Shown here piece by piece: positions 9,660 through 18,600 of a stretch of 51,169 nt of DNA. Position 1 is the stretch's first letter, and each line of letters opens with the position of its first letter. The position numbers and the translations under genes were made by a program. The notes beneath the pieces were generated by a model that ran no database searches, had not been told where the DNA came from, and saw only the letters and a program-made list of their open reading frames with translations. The DNA is from a virus (lineage: Duplodnaviria > Caudoviricetes): IMG/VR virus record IMGVR_UViG_3300010150_000027, positions 1 to 51,169 of that record. One strand, given 5' to 3'.

Positions 9660-10012
9660 TTATAACTTTAGATGTGAAGGCATATCCGGTATCTGATGAT
9701 GTAGATTACCCTACATGGTACACTATACCTTACTTCGATGTTTGCGTACCCAACCCCGAAACAGAATCGGATGGTCTTACTACATTTACATTTAAGGGTA
9801 AAAATGGCGAAAATTATGTAGCATCCATAAAGGTTAGACAGGAATTAGACCCATTGTACCGTGATAGAATATGGCTAGATAAAGAATACACCGAGATGGA
9901 AAGAAGTATGGCCGACATAGCAGACCAATTCGGTATTACACCTGCCGCTATCAATCAATGGTTGAATAAATACGATATACCTACAAGAAGTAGGGGTAGA
10001 AACCATGAGTAA
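9656..10012 (+). CDS. helix-turn-helix DNA-binding protein
   Basis: RSMADIADQFGITPAAINQWLNKYDI. Confidence 0.8.
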   Translation: MIITLDVKAYPVSDDVDYPTWYTIPYFDVCVPNPETESDGLTTFTFKGKNGENYVASIKVRQELDPLYRDRIWLDKEYTEMERSMADIADQFGITPAAINQWLNKYDIPTRSRGRNHE

Positions 10013-10187
10013 TTGTGAACATTGTGGTAAACCTTTAGTGCCTATTGGTACATCTCGTAAAAATGGGAAGGCAACACACAATGATTGGGGTACACGTAGA
10101 CTACACAAGAAATGTTGGATGGAATTAAAAGATTATAACCGTAAGATTAGGTGGAATAGTTATGATAGTAGAGCAAGGCAAAGGTAG
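10005..10187 (+). CDS. small Zn-finger protein
   Basis: CEHC...HKKC; overlaps both neighbouring genes. Confidence 0.6.
   Translation: MSNCEHCGKPLVPIGTSRKNGKATHNDWGTRRLHKKCWMELKDYNRKIRWNSYDSRARQR
10132..10144 (+). promoter_or_regulatory. class I promoter motif ATTATAACCGTAA upstream of polB
   Basis: TTATAA ends 23 nt before ATG 10162. Confidence 0.65.
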
Positions 10188-12402
10188 AGAAGTATTGGTG
10201 AGGTATAGAGATGCACAAGGTAATAGAAAAACCGAGTCAATCAAAGGCCACTATCCGTACTGTTTTATTGAGACTGATAATGCCCCTTATGTAGAAGATT
10301 GTATAAGAAAAGAAGATGGTTATACAGGTCTTTATGGGGAAGATTTAACTAAGATTGTTGTTTCGCATAACTCGGAGTTGAGGAATCTATCTTATTACGG
10401 GACAACGTGGGAAGCAAATGTACCTTATGTTAATCGTGTACTTATAGATAGGCTAAAAGAAAAAGATAACAAACCTTTTGAAAATTATAAACATAGGACT
10501 TGGTATCTTGATTGTGAATGGTCGCCCGCAACAAACCAAATGAGGGTGATAGTAGTTTATGATAATTTTACCGAAAATGAATATGTATGGTTTGTATGCC
10601 CTTCTATTAAAGAAGAAGGTTTGGCTGATGGCGAGCCTAAAAGGTTCGATACATACGGTGATTACGAATACCCTACCCCTGCACTCGGATTTGGTAGTGA
10701 AAGGGATATGCTTATTCATTTCTTGCGACACATGAAGAGACAAGACCCTGATATTATCACAGGATGGTATGTCGTTGGGGCTGACATTAGAACAATAGTA
10801 GAGAGAAGTAGGGCTTGCGGTCTTAATCCCGCCACACTATCTCCTATGAGAAGAATTAGATACAAGTTTGGTGATTGGGAACAACCAATCGTAGGTAGAA
10901 ACTGTATAGATTTGATGATAGCGTTCTCTAAAATATGGGAATTGAAAAACGGTAAATTACCGTCTTACAAGTTAGACGATGTTGCTAACGAAGTTTTGGG
11001 GGAAAAGAAAATTGAATTACCCGATGGACACGATACTTATTATTCAGACCTTCCATTGTATGTACATTATTGTAGACAAGACGTAAGGTTACTACCTAGA
11101 CTTGACTTAAAAGTAAATGCTTTAGATTACTATACTGCATTACAACACGTTGTTCAATGCGACCTGCGTTCCACACCTTTTATCACTAAGATGTTCACAA
11201 GTTTAGCGTTGAAGGATGAAAAGTTTGATAAGAGAATACCTACACAACCACAGTTTCCTTACACACCTTATGACGGGGCTAACGTCTTAGAACCCGAAGT
11301 AGGTGTATATGAAAACGTAGGTATCTTAGATATAAAGGCTATGTATCACAGTAACGTACACAAGTATGGTATATCTTGGGACACACTAGACCCCGAAGGC
11401 GAGGATTGTGGTAACGGTAGTAAGTTTAACGTAAAAGAAAAAGGTTTATTGTGTAGGTTGATGGATGATATGACTTATCTACGGAATGAAAACAAACTTA
11501 AGATGATGATGAGTGACACACTAGAGAAGAAAAACAAATGGGATATAATGCAGTTTGCTTGTAAGTCTCTTGTGGCATCTATGTATGGTGTAGCAGGTGA
11601 TTCTAAGTATGGTTTTTATCATCCCGAAGTAGCATCTGCTATAACATATACATCAAGGAATACTCTTGAGGAATTAATGTATCACGCAGAGGATATAGGC
11701 TTCAAGGTCTACTACGGGCATACAGATTCTATATTCTGTAACATAGATAACCCCGAAGATGGTGTTAAGGCACTAGAAAAAATAAACCAAGAAATGTCTC
11801 CGATAGAAACCGAGTTTGAAAAGTGGTGTCCTAGTATGTTAATTATGGCTAAGAATAGATATGCGGGAAAAGTAACTTGGACTGATGGTTCTTACCATGA
11901 CCCCAAGACTTATGTTAAGGGCATCGAATTAAAACAGTCGAGAATGCCTAGCGTTATGAAATTGTGTATGAATACAGTTATTGATGGGATATTAGATGGT
12001 ACAGACCAAAAACAAATCACACAAAGTATATCCTCTCTTGTTGATGATGTAGTTAAGGGAAAAGTAGACCCCTCTGACCTATGTATGAAGGGTAAACTAG
12101 AAAGAAACCTAGATGATTATAAGGTACTATCGGGTTCTTCCGCAGGTGCGGCTTGGGCTAACGAATATCTAGGTAAAGGATATAGAAAGGGTTCATTCTT
12201 CAAAGTTACCATAAATGAAAATGGTAAATACATAGCATTCGATGACCCGTCTGATATAGACGGTGTAACAAAAATAGGTAATAAGATTCTTGCACAAAGA
12301 TTTATCTTAAATAAAATAGAGCCTTATTACAATTTAGCCCAATGGGATATTCAACCTATACATAACTCTTTAGAAGGTATGAGTGGGATGAAGTGGTTAT
12401 AG
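10162..12402 (+). CDS. polB: family B DNA polymerase with 3'-5' exonuclease domain and variant motifs
   Basis: ExoI YLDCE, DPDIITGW, ExoIII YCRQD; polymerase motifs DIKAMYHS, KSLVASMYG, YGHTDS, KNRYAG, KGIE. Confidence 0.95.
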   Translation: MIVEQGKGREVLVRYRDAQGNRKTESIKGHYPYCFIETDNAPYVEDCIRKEDGYTGLYGEDLTKIVVSHNSELRNLSYYGTTWEANVPYVNRVLIDRLKEKDNKPFENYKHRTWYLDCEWSPATNQMRVIVVYDNFTENEYVWFVCPSIKEEGLADGEPKRFDTYGDYEYPTPALGFGSERDMLIHFLRHMKRQDPDIITGWYVVGADIRTIVERSRACGLNPATLSPMRRIRYKFGDWEQPIVGRNCIDLMIAFSKIWELKNGKLPSYKLDDVANEVLGEKKIELPDGHDTYYSDLPLYVHYCRQDVRLLPRLDLKVNALDYYTALQHVVQCDLRSTPFITKMFTSLALKDEKFDKRIPTQPQFPYTPYDGANVLEPEVGVYENVGILDIKAMYHSNVHKYGISWDTLDPEGEDCGNGSKFNVKEKGLLCRLMDDMTYLRNENKLKMMMSDTLEKKNKWDIMQFACKSLVASMYGVAGDSKYGFYHPEVASAITYTSRNTLEELMYHAEDIGFKVYYGHTDSIFCNIDNPEDGVKALEKINQEMSPIETEFEKWCPSMLIMAKNRYAGKVTWTDGSYHDPKTYVKGIELKQSRMPSVMKLCMNTVIDGILDGTDQKQITQSISSLVDDVVKGKVDPSDLCMKGKLERNLDDYKVLSGSSAGAAWANEYLGKGYRKGSFFKVTINENGKYIAFDDPSDIDGVTKIGNKILAQRFILNKIEPYYNLAQWDIQPIHNSLEGMSGMKWL

Positions 12403-12407
12403 ATAAC

Positions 12408-12420
12408 TATATAACCGTAG
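12408..12420 (+). promoter_or_regulatory. class I promoter motif TATATAACCGTAG
   Basis: Exact motif copy; 24 nt to ATG 12439. Confidence 0.7.
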
Positions 12421-12438
12421 GAAAAGGAGAGGTAAATA

Positions 12439-12747
12439 ATGTCTAACGCAAGCGATATAAGAGAATTACAACAGAAACAAGAACAATTGACACAGGGTGT
12501 AGTAAATGCCTTTGAACAGGTTAGTTTTGATTATGCAAAACTACAAACGATGTTCTTCGCACTACTACAGGACTTAGGTAAAACAGATACTCTGTCTTGC
12601 TCGGAATGTGATGAAGAAGTTATGAGGCCATTATTGTCTCAATTACCTGTAGAAAGTACCTGCCCTATGTGTGGTGGTGGTTTAGTCCATGATACTTCAC
12701 AAACTACTGTTGATGATTGGGATAACGGCACAACAGAAGAAGAGTGA
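12439..12747 (+). CDS. coiled-coil + Zn-ribbon protein with PIP-box-like tail
   Basis: CSEC...CPMC; QTTVDDW near the C-terminus. Confidence 0.65.
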   Translation: MSNASDIRELQQKQEQLTQGVVNAFEQVSFDYAKLQTMFFALLQDLGKTDTLSCSECDEEVMRPLLSQLPVESTCPMCGGGLVHDTSQTTVDDWDNGTTEEE

Positions 12748-12751
12748 TTAT

Positions 12752-13618
12752 ATGAAAGCGACACAAGAGCAGAGTATTGATTCTTCATACAGACCTACAG
12801 AAAAGAAATGGCTGAGAATAAGTAAATCATCTTTGATGACATACATGATGTGTCCTAGACAATTTTATTGGCGGTATATAGCGGATATACCTAGCCCACC
12901 ACCTAGTGAGGCCGCCATTCGTGGTGGTAAAATACACAAGGTAATGGAGATAGGTCTACTAGAAGGCTCTGATAAAATAATGAGTGCTGCTATAGAAGAA
13001 GGCGTAGATGATGATGTAGGGGTGGATAGCCTCAATATGTTATTACATCAGATAGCACATGACATGGGCGGCTTCGATATAGTAGAGGCAGAAGTTAAGC
13101 ATCAAGTAGCAGAAGAATACAACGGCTACAATATTATTTGGGTTGGTATGATTGACGGTGTTATTAGACACCCCGATGGTGGTTTAATTCTCATGGAATT
13201 GAAAACAGGTAAAATGAATATGGGTAAACTAGGTAGGACTAGAAAGGAATTGGTCTACTACTCTAGGCTTTTGAGTAAACTAGGGTACGATGAACCTATA
13301 ACACATTTTATGTATATCTCTCCCGATTATGAAATACCCGAAGATGGTAATGATAAATTATTGTTAGAAGGAAACAAGAGAGGTAAAAGTTTGTGGTTGG
13401 GTGCAGAGCGTGGAATTGCTATTCTTGAGAAGATAAACAAGCGAAGTATAAATGCTTTCTCGGAATCATTAAGTAGCACTATTGAGTCGCTAGTAATCCA
13501 ACAGTACCCTATGAATTGGAATGACTATTTTTGCCCCTTGTGGTGTGAGTTTAACATGAATTGTGAGTCAGAAATGACAGGGTACGTTGATAATGGATTA
13601 GGTGAATGGAATGAATAG
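12752..13618 (+). CDS. Cas4-like PD-(D/E)XK exonuclease with Fe-S cysteines
   Basis: ISKSS...CPRQF, GGKIH, GMIDG, MELKTG, C-terminal CPLWCEFNMNC. Start taken at ATG 12752. Confidence 0.85.
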   Translation: MKATQEQSIDSSYRPTEKKWLRISKSSLMTYMMCPRQFYWRYIADIPSPPPSEAAIRGGKIHKVMEIGLLEGSDKIMSAAIEEGVDDDVGVDSLNMLLHQIAHDMGGFDIVEAEVKHQVAEEYNGYNIIWVGMIDGVIRHPDGGLILMELKTGKMNMGKLGRTRKELVYYSRLLSKLGYDEPITHFMYISPDYEIPEDGNDKLLLEGNKRGKSLWLGAERGIAILEKINKRSINAFSESLSSTIESLVIQQYPMNWNDYFCPLWCEFNMNCESEMTGYVDNGLGEWNE

Positions 13619-13766
13619 AATTAATGTATGTGCGGCTTGCGGTGCTAGTGAGTCTTGGGCTGATGAAGATTTGATGTGGAGAGTAACAGGTGAAGAAGGG
13701 GCAGACCCCGAAGAAATTACCGTAGTTACTTGTAAATGTGGTAATAAACAAAAGAAAGAAGAGTGA
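13611..13766 (+). CDS. small Zn-ribbon protein (51 aa; not in ORF track), TFS/TFIIS-ribbon-like
   Basis: MNRINVCAACG...EEGADPEEITVVTCKCGNKQKKEE*. GGTGA upstream; fills the gap between two genes. Confidence 0.65.
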   Translation: MNRINVCAACGASESWADEDLMWRVTGEEGADPEEITVVTCKCGNKQKKEE

Positions 13767-13770
13767 TTTT

Positions 13771-14784
13771 ATGCTTAGTTTTCCTAGAGAGATTGGTCTT
13801 AGACGTAAGATTTGTAAATCTCAAGAGGAATATGATATTTACGTTAAAAGTATTAACGGTAAATCTTCTTGTTATACATCTCTGTATAGTTTTCAACAAA
13901 TGCACCCTAATATGTCTTGGAAAGTAGACCCCGAAACGGTCATCATGGATAGAGCATGGTGGGATTTTGATATTGTAGAAGGTGGTACTCTAGATGATGT
14001 AAAAAGAGATGTAGCAGTTTTACTAAATAGACTTAAGGGAGATGTAAGGTTAGTCTTTACAGGTAGAGGATTTCATATCCATCAGATGTTCGATAAAAAT
14101 GTCATTGGTACTACCATAGCCAAGCACGTTGATAGGTACGAGAGAGAGGTCGCTAAGGGGTTAAAAACACTAGATGGCGTAGGTCATCCCCTTAAACTTA
14201 CACGCATACCCGATACATACAATACTACTAGAAAGAAGTGGGCTGTTAATGTGGACTTAGATGCGTTCAAAGCAGACCCTTTAGGTTACAAGATACCGGA
14301 AAGACCTAACGCATCTCTTAGAATCAATGACCCTTTTAAGGGAAAAGAAAAACAATCAAACTTCAGTATTATAAAATGGATTGCTAATAATCCTTTACAA
14401 GTAGAATACCTACCTATTACGGGTAGTTTTGACGGAAATATAACTTCTGCTAGTCAGATACCAATACCACCATGTATAGACAATGCTATGAGGCATGAGA
14501 ATCCTAGACATGAGGTAAGAATAGCGTTGGCACAACATTTGTATGAGAATCTTAGGTGGTTTGCACACCCTAGTACATTAACGGTAAAACAAAAAAATGA
14601 TATTACCGAAGAGATTATAGATTTTATATCCACATTAGGATGGAGAGACTTCAATGAGTACACAAGTAGAAAGCACGTTAGAAGTCTACTTAACTATGAG
14701 AGAACACCCTCATGTTCGTGGCTACAGACAAGAGGATTATGCGAAGCATCTTGTTGGAGAGATGACGGCACAAGGAGAAAATAA
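13771..14784 (+). CDS. archaeo-eukaryotic primase, PriS catalytic domain fused to PriL-like Fe-S domain
   Basis: WWDFD, TGRGFHIH, RIPDTYN; C-terminal PPCI...SCSWLQTRGLCEASC. Confidence 0.85.
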   Translation: MLSFPREIGLRRKICKSQEEYDIYVKSINGKSSCYTSLYSFQQMHPNMSWKVDPETVIMDRAWWDFDIVEGGTLDDVKRDVAVLLNRLKGDVRLVFTGRGFHIHQMFDKNVIGTTIAKHVDRYEREVAKGLKTLDGVGHPLKLTRIPDTYNTTRKKWAVNVDLDAFKADPLGYKIPERPNASLRINDPFKGKEKQSNFSIIKWIANNPLQVEYLPITGSFDGNITSASQIPIPPCIDNAMRHENPRHEVRIALAQHLYENLRWFAHPSTLTVKQKNDITEEIIDFISTLGWRDFNEYTSRKHVRSLLNYERTPSCSWLQTRGLCEASCWRDDGTRRK

Positions 14785-14785
14785 T

Positions 14786-14932
14786 ATGATGCGAACACCC
14801 AAACACTCAAGAGTATTTTTTGAAGTAATAAATGAAGAATGTAATTTCTGTAAAAGTAGATTAGGTTTCCTTTATCCTAAAAATATGCCGCCTGTATGTA
14901 TGAATTGTAGTATGGAAAAACAATCCTCTTAA
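14786..14932 (+). CDS. small Zn-finger protein (48 aa)
   Basis: CNFC...CMNC; AGGAG upstream of ATG 14786. Confidence 0.55.
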   Translation: MMRTPKHSRVFFEVINEECNFCKSRLGFLYPKNMPPVCMNCSMEKQSS

Positions 14933-14957
14933 ATAGAGTAATAATACTGTACCAATT

Positions 14958-15662
14958 GTGCTTCTGATAGATGACCGAGAAAACCCCAAAGTAATTAATA
15001 AGTTGTTAATGAGATTAGGTGAAGAAAACACCCAAGTTTTACGGATGGCTTCTTCCGACTATAGGATAGGTTCGTGGGGAATTGAGGCAAAAGAAATAAA
15101 TGATTTGTACCGTAGTATCTTAGGTCTAGGTAGAAATGGTAGAACAATAGTACATCAATTAAGAGAATTACAAGAAGATTTCGATAACCCTATGTTAGTA
15201 GTCTATGGTACTAAACTAAAACCATACGTTCATGGTGGTAGGCCGACAGCAAAACAGATAGCCGTAGAAATGTCTAGGATGAAAAAAGTAAATCAACAAT
15301 TCAAAATGACATTTTACCAAAGATTCCCTAAAATTAAGTATATGGAATTGACTACTATGGATGATTTTGTTGAATGGTTAGTAATAAATCATACACAAAC
15401 ACAAGTAAAAGAGGCCACCGGACTTAATGTTATGGAAAAAGAAACAAGAAGTGCTGCTGAAATGAGTAATTTAGACCCAAGAGTAGCGGCTTTGTGTTCC
15501 CTTAAAGGTATTTCTGTACAGAATGCAGAAGATTTACTAAAAGAGTTTGGTAGCATACCTAAAATACTAAGAAGTAGGACTACGCAGAAATCTATTATGG
15601 AAATAAAGGGTCTAGGTAGACTTAAAGCACAAACAATTTTAGGATTGAGAGAGCCTTACTGA
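14958..15662 (+). CDS. ERCC4/XPF-family structure-specific nuclease with HhH domain
   Basis: LIDDRE, SDY, IEAKEINDL..SI; HhH motifs LKGISVQNA and IKGLGRLKA. Confidence 0.85.
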   Translation: MLLIDDRENPKVINKLLMRLGEENTQVLRMASSDYRIGSWGIEAKEINDLYRSILGLGRNGRTIVHQLRELQEDFDNPMLVVYGTKLKPYVHGGRPTAKQIAVEMSRMKKVNQQFKMTFYQRFPKIKYMELTTMDDFVEWLVINHTQTQVKEATGLNVMEKETRSAAEMSNLDPRVAALCSLKGISVQNAEDLLKEFGSIPKILRSRTTQKSIMEIKGLGRLKAQTILGLREPY

Positions 15663-18600
15663 ACACCGAAACTATTAGAAGTACCCCTAACAGGTGCAGT
15701 AGCCCTATTTAGTTTTACGTCAATATTTTTAAGGATAACACTATTTCTATCCGAGTTATCATTACCTGTGGCTGCCTTTCTTGTTATTTTTACGGTTAAT
15801 TTATTACCAGATTCTAAACCTGTCAATATTGTTTGTGGTATCAACTCAGTTATCCTATTTTCTGTATTAGTTTTTATTTCGCAGGTATTTGATACTGATT
15901 CTCCGGTTTCTTGTACGGTAACAGTAGTGTATAATATTGCTGTTTTGTTTAATGTTGAACCTGCTGCGTGGGTTATTTCTCCTTGTATTAGAATACTTTT
16001 ATCTATTACATCAACAGGTATAACAAACTCAGTTTGTAGTGTGGATTCAAAAGTAGTGGTAGTAGCACTTTCGTTTAGTAAATCAACCCTACCTTTACCT
16101 GCTAAAGCGTAACCGTCAGAAGTTACAGAAGCATTTCCGCTTGCGGCAGATATGTCCACATCCATACCTTCTATACCCTTTAATATACTTGGTACTTTGG
16201 GTGGTTTCTGTTGTCCTAAGATACTAAACTTAGAATTATGACTAAGATTATCATTTATCAAAGACATCCTACCTTTTATATTACCATAGGCTGTTTTACT
16301 AATTTTATTTATACCTTGATTCGGGTCAAAGTCTAATCTATCAGCCCCACCTTTACCATTATCGTCTGCACCACCTTCGGGTTTCTGTCCGTCTTGGTTA
16401 ATATCTTGTGAAGGCGTTGTTATGGGTGGCGTTATTGTTGTTGTCTGTTCCGGTGCGGCAGGGACATACCCTCTTGAATCTTGATTTCCTACCTGTCTAG
16501 TTTTTCCGTCAGTAGGGAATAAGTAACCCATTACCCCACCACTTCTTAAAGACTCATCTCTTTCTAACTTAAAAGAAACATTTTCCTTTTTACTTGCCGT
16601 TATATCCCACGAAACTTCTTGTATAGTCAAAGTAGTGGCTGTATCTAAACCTATACCTGCGTCAGTATATGAAACAAAGGTAGCGGGTATGTAAGATAGG
16701 TCATTAGTAATATTTATTCTTGGTGCGTACCATTCATTTCTTTCTACCGTAAAGCCACCAAACATTTCTGAATACTCTCTACCACCTAGAGGGAAGATAC
16801 TATTTACATTTCCTGTTGTTAAAGTTATACCTTGTATAGAGTTAGCGTTTTTTAAGATATTAGCACTATCGGGGTCGCCACATCTATGACGTAGTAAAGC
16901 ACGACAATATTCTGCGTTAAAACTAACTACTATTTTTGCGTTTGCTACTGCACCATATCCACTAGGTATATCTATTTCATAGAATCCACTACGTTTTACA
17001 TCCTTAGAAGTTGCTTGGTTCGCTGCTAAAGTAGGTGCTTTATCTCTATCATTGGCGAAACTATAATCAGCAAGATGTATTGTAAACTCGCAATCATCTA
17101 TTGTAGAAGTTTGAGTTTTTAATGATATAAAGACTCTTAGTGATTCTCCGGTAGCACTACTTATTTTTGGGGTAAAATTAGGTACATGAACAACCTGTAA
17201 AGCATAACTAAGTGATTTAGAGCCATACCAATAGTAGTTATCATCCCAAGCCACATCACTAGCAGTATGAGTAAAGGCAGAATTACCGTGTCTATTGTGT
17301 ATATCGGTAGAGGTTTTCATATTACCGTCTAGTCCGTTAGTCATACCGGAAAACAAAACACCACCTGTACCTAATCTAGTCCAAGAATTACCTTTATTAG
17401 TATTACCGGAATCATAATCACCATAACCCTGTAAGGCGATTTGCGGGTCAGAAATATAACCAAATCTACCACTATCAATCATTTTATTTTCTGTCGCACC
17501 CTCTAGGATAGGTTCTGCTGTTATAGACATACGGGTTTCTTGGTTTTGGTTGTATGTTTTCTTCGCTACTGATTCGGCTTCTATGCTTGATGTTATGTTT
17601 GGGTACTCTAATACTTTCCATCTAGTAGTATCTGTTAGATTTGTAGCGGGATAATCAACAAAAGCCTGTGAATTATTATAGTAAACACGAACATTTGTTA
17701 TTTGACCTGCTACTTGTGTTTTTAGGTCAGATATTTTTAGGTTTTCTCTAGTGAAAACTAACCCACTATTGTATTTGGGTCTATACTCTATTCTACCATC
17801 TCTACCGACTAAGTAAGAAAAGGTTGTTTTAAGGCCGTTTTTTGAGCCGAAGCCACTCTTAGACCTAATATCATTTATCGTGCTTAGAATCGTCTTAGTA
17901 CGGCTATCTACGGTACTTCCGTAGGTATCGTTGTTCGTAGTAGTGCCATCGGTAGTCATATTAGAAGTTATAGGTATATTATTTATGTCAAAAGCACATG
18001 ATAATCTAGTCTTAGGCAACCAAGAATCCATAAGTGCGGCAGACCATAGTAATCTAAACTTATCACTATCATAAAAACTACCGCTATTTTCACTTTTTAC
18101 ATCACCCTTAACATTCATAAGTAGCCTTAACATAAAAGCACTACTAACAGTAGTGTGTACGGCTATTGAAGAAGCATCTATTGTAGTACCTGCTATTCTT
18201 ATACTTGTTTTTACTCCTAGATTACTATTATCATTAACCCAATTATAGACATATTGACTCCATAAAAATGTTTCTAATTCAGATGGTGTATCTTTCAAGG
18301 AATCGGAAACAGTTGTAGCAGATGTTATATACACATTACTTAGTTGTACCGGAATTGTATAGTCATCTGTGTTAGAAGCGTCAGAAGTCCAAGTACCACT
18401 AACAATTATTGTATCTTCGTCTACTACCGATAATATATTGTGCCTTGTAGTATTCGTAGTATTTTTTATAACCATACCGTTAGTAACCCCTTTTGTTACA
18501 AAGGTTTCTCCCGATTTAGTAAGTGTTGTGTTAGGTGTAGGATAACTAGGGCTGTCCGAAGAATCTACTTCTATCGCTGTATTGGAAACTGCTGTACTTA

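Noticed and set aside
10162-12402. Inactivated polymerase, or an intein/intron in polB
   Set aside because: The essential aspartates, the motif B Lys and Tyr and the exonuclease acidic residues are present. Length is compact with no insertion.
12752-13618. Cas4-like gene as evidence for CRISPR-Cas
   Set aside because: No cas1/cas2 and no repeat-spacer array are seen. Solo Cas4-like nucleases are common in viral replication modules.
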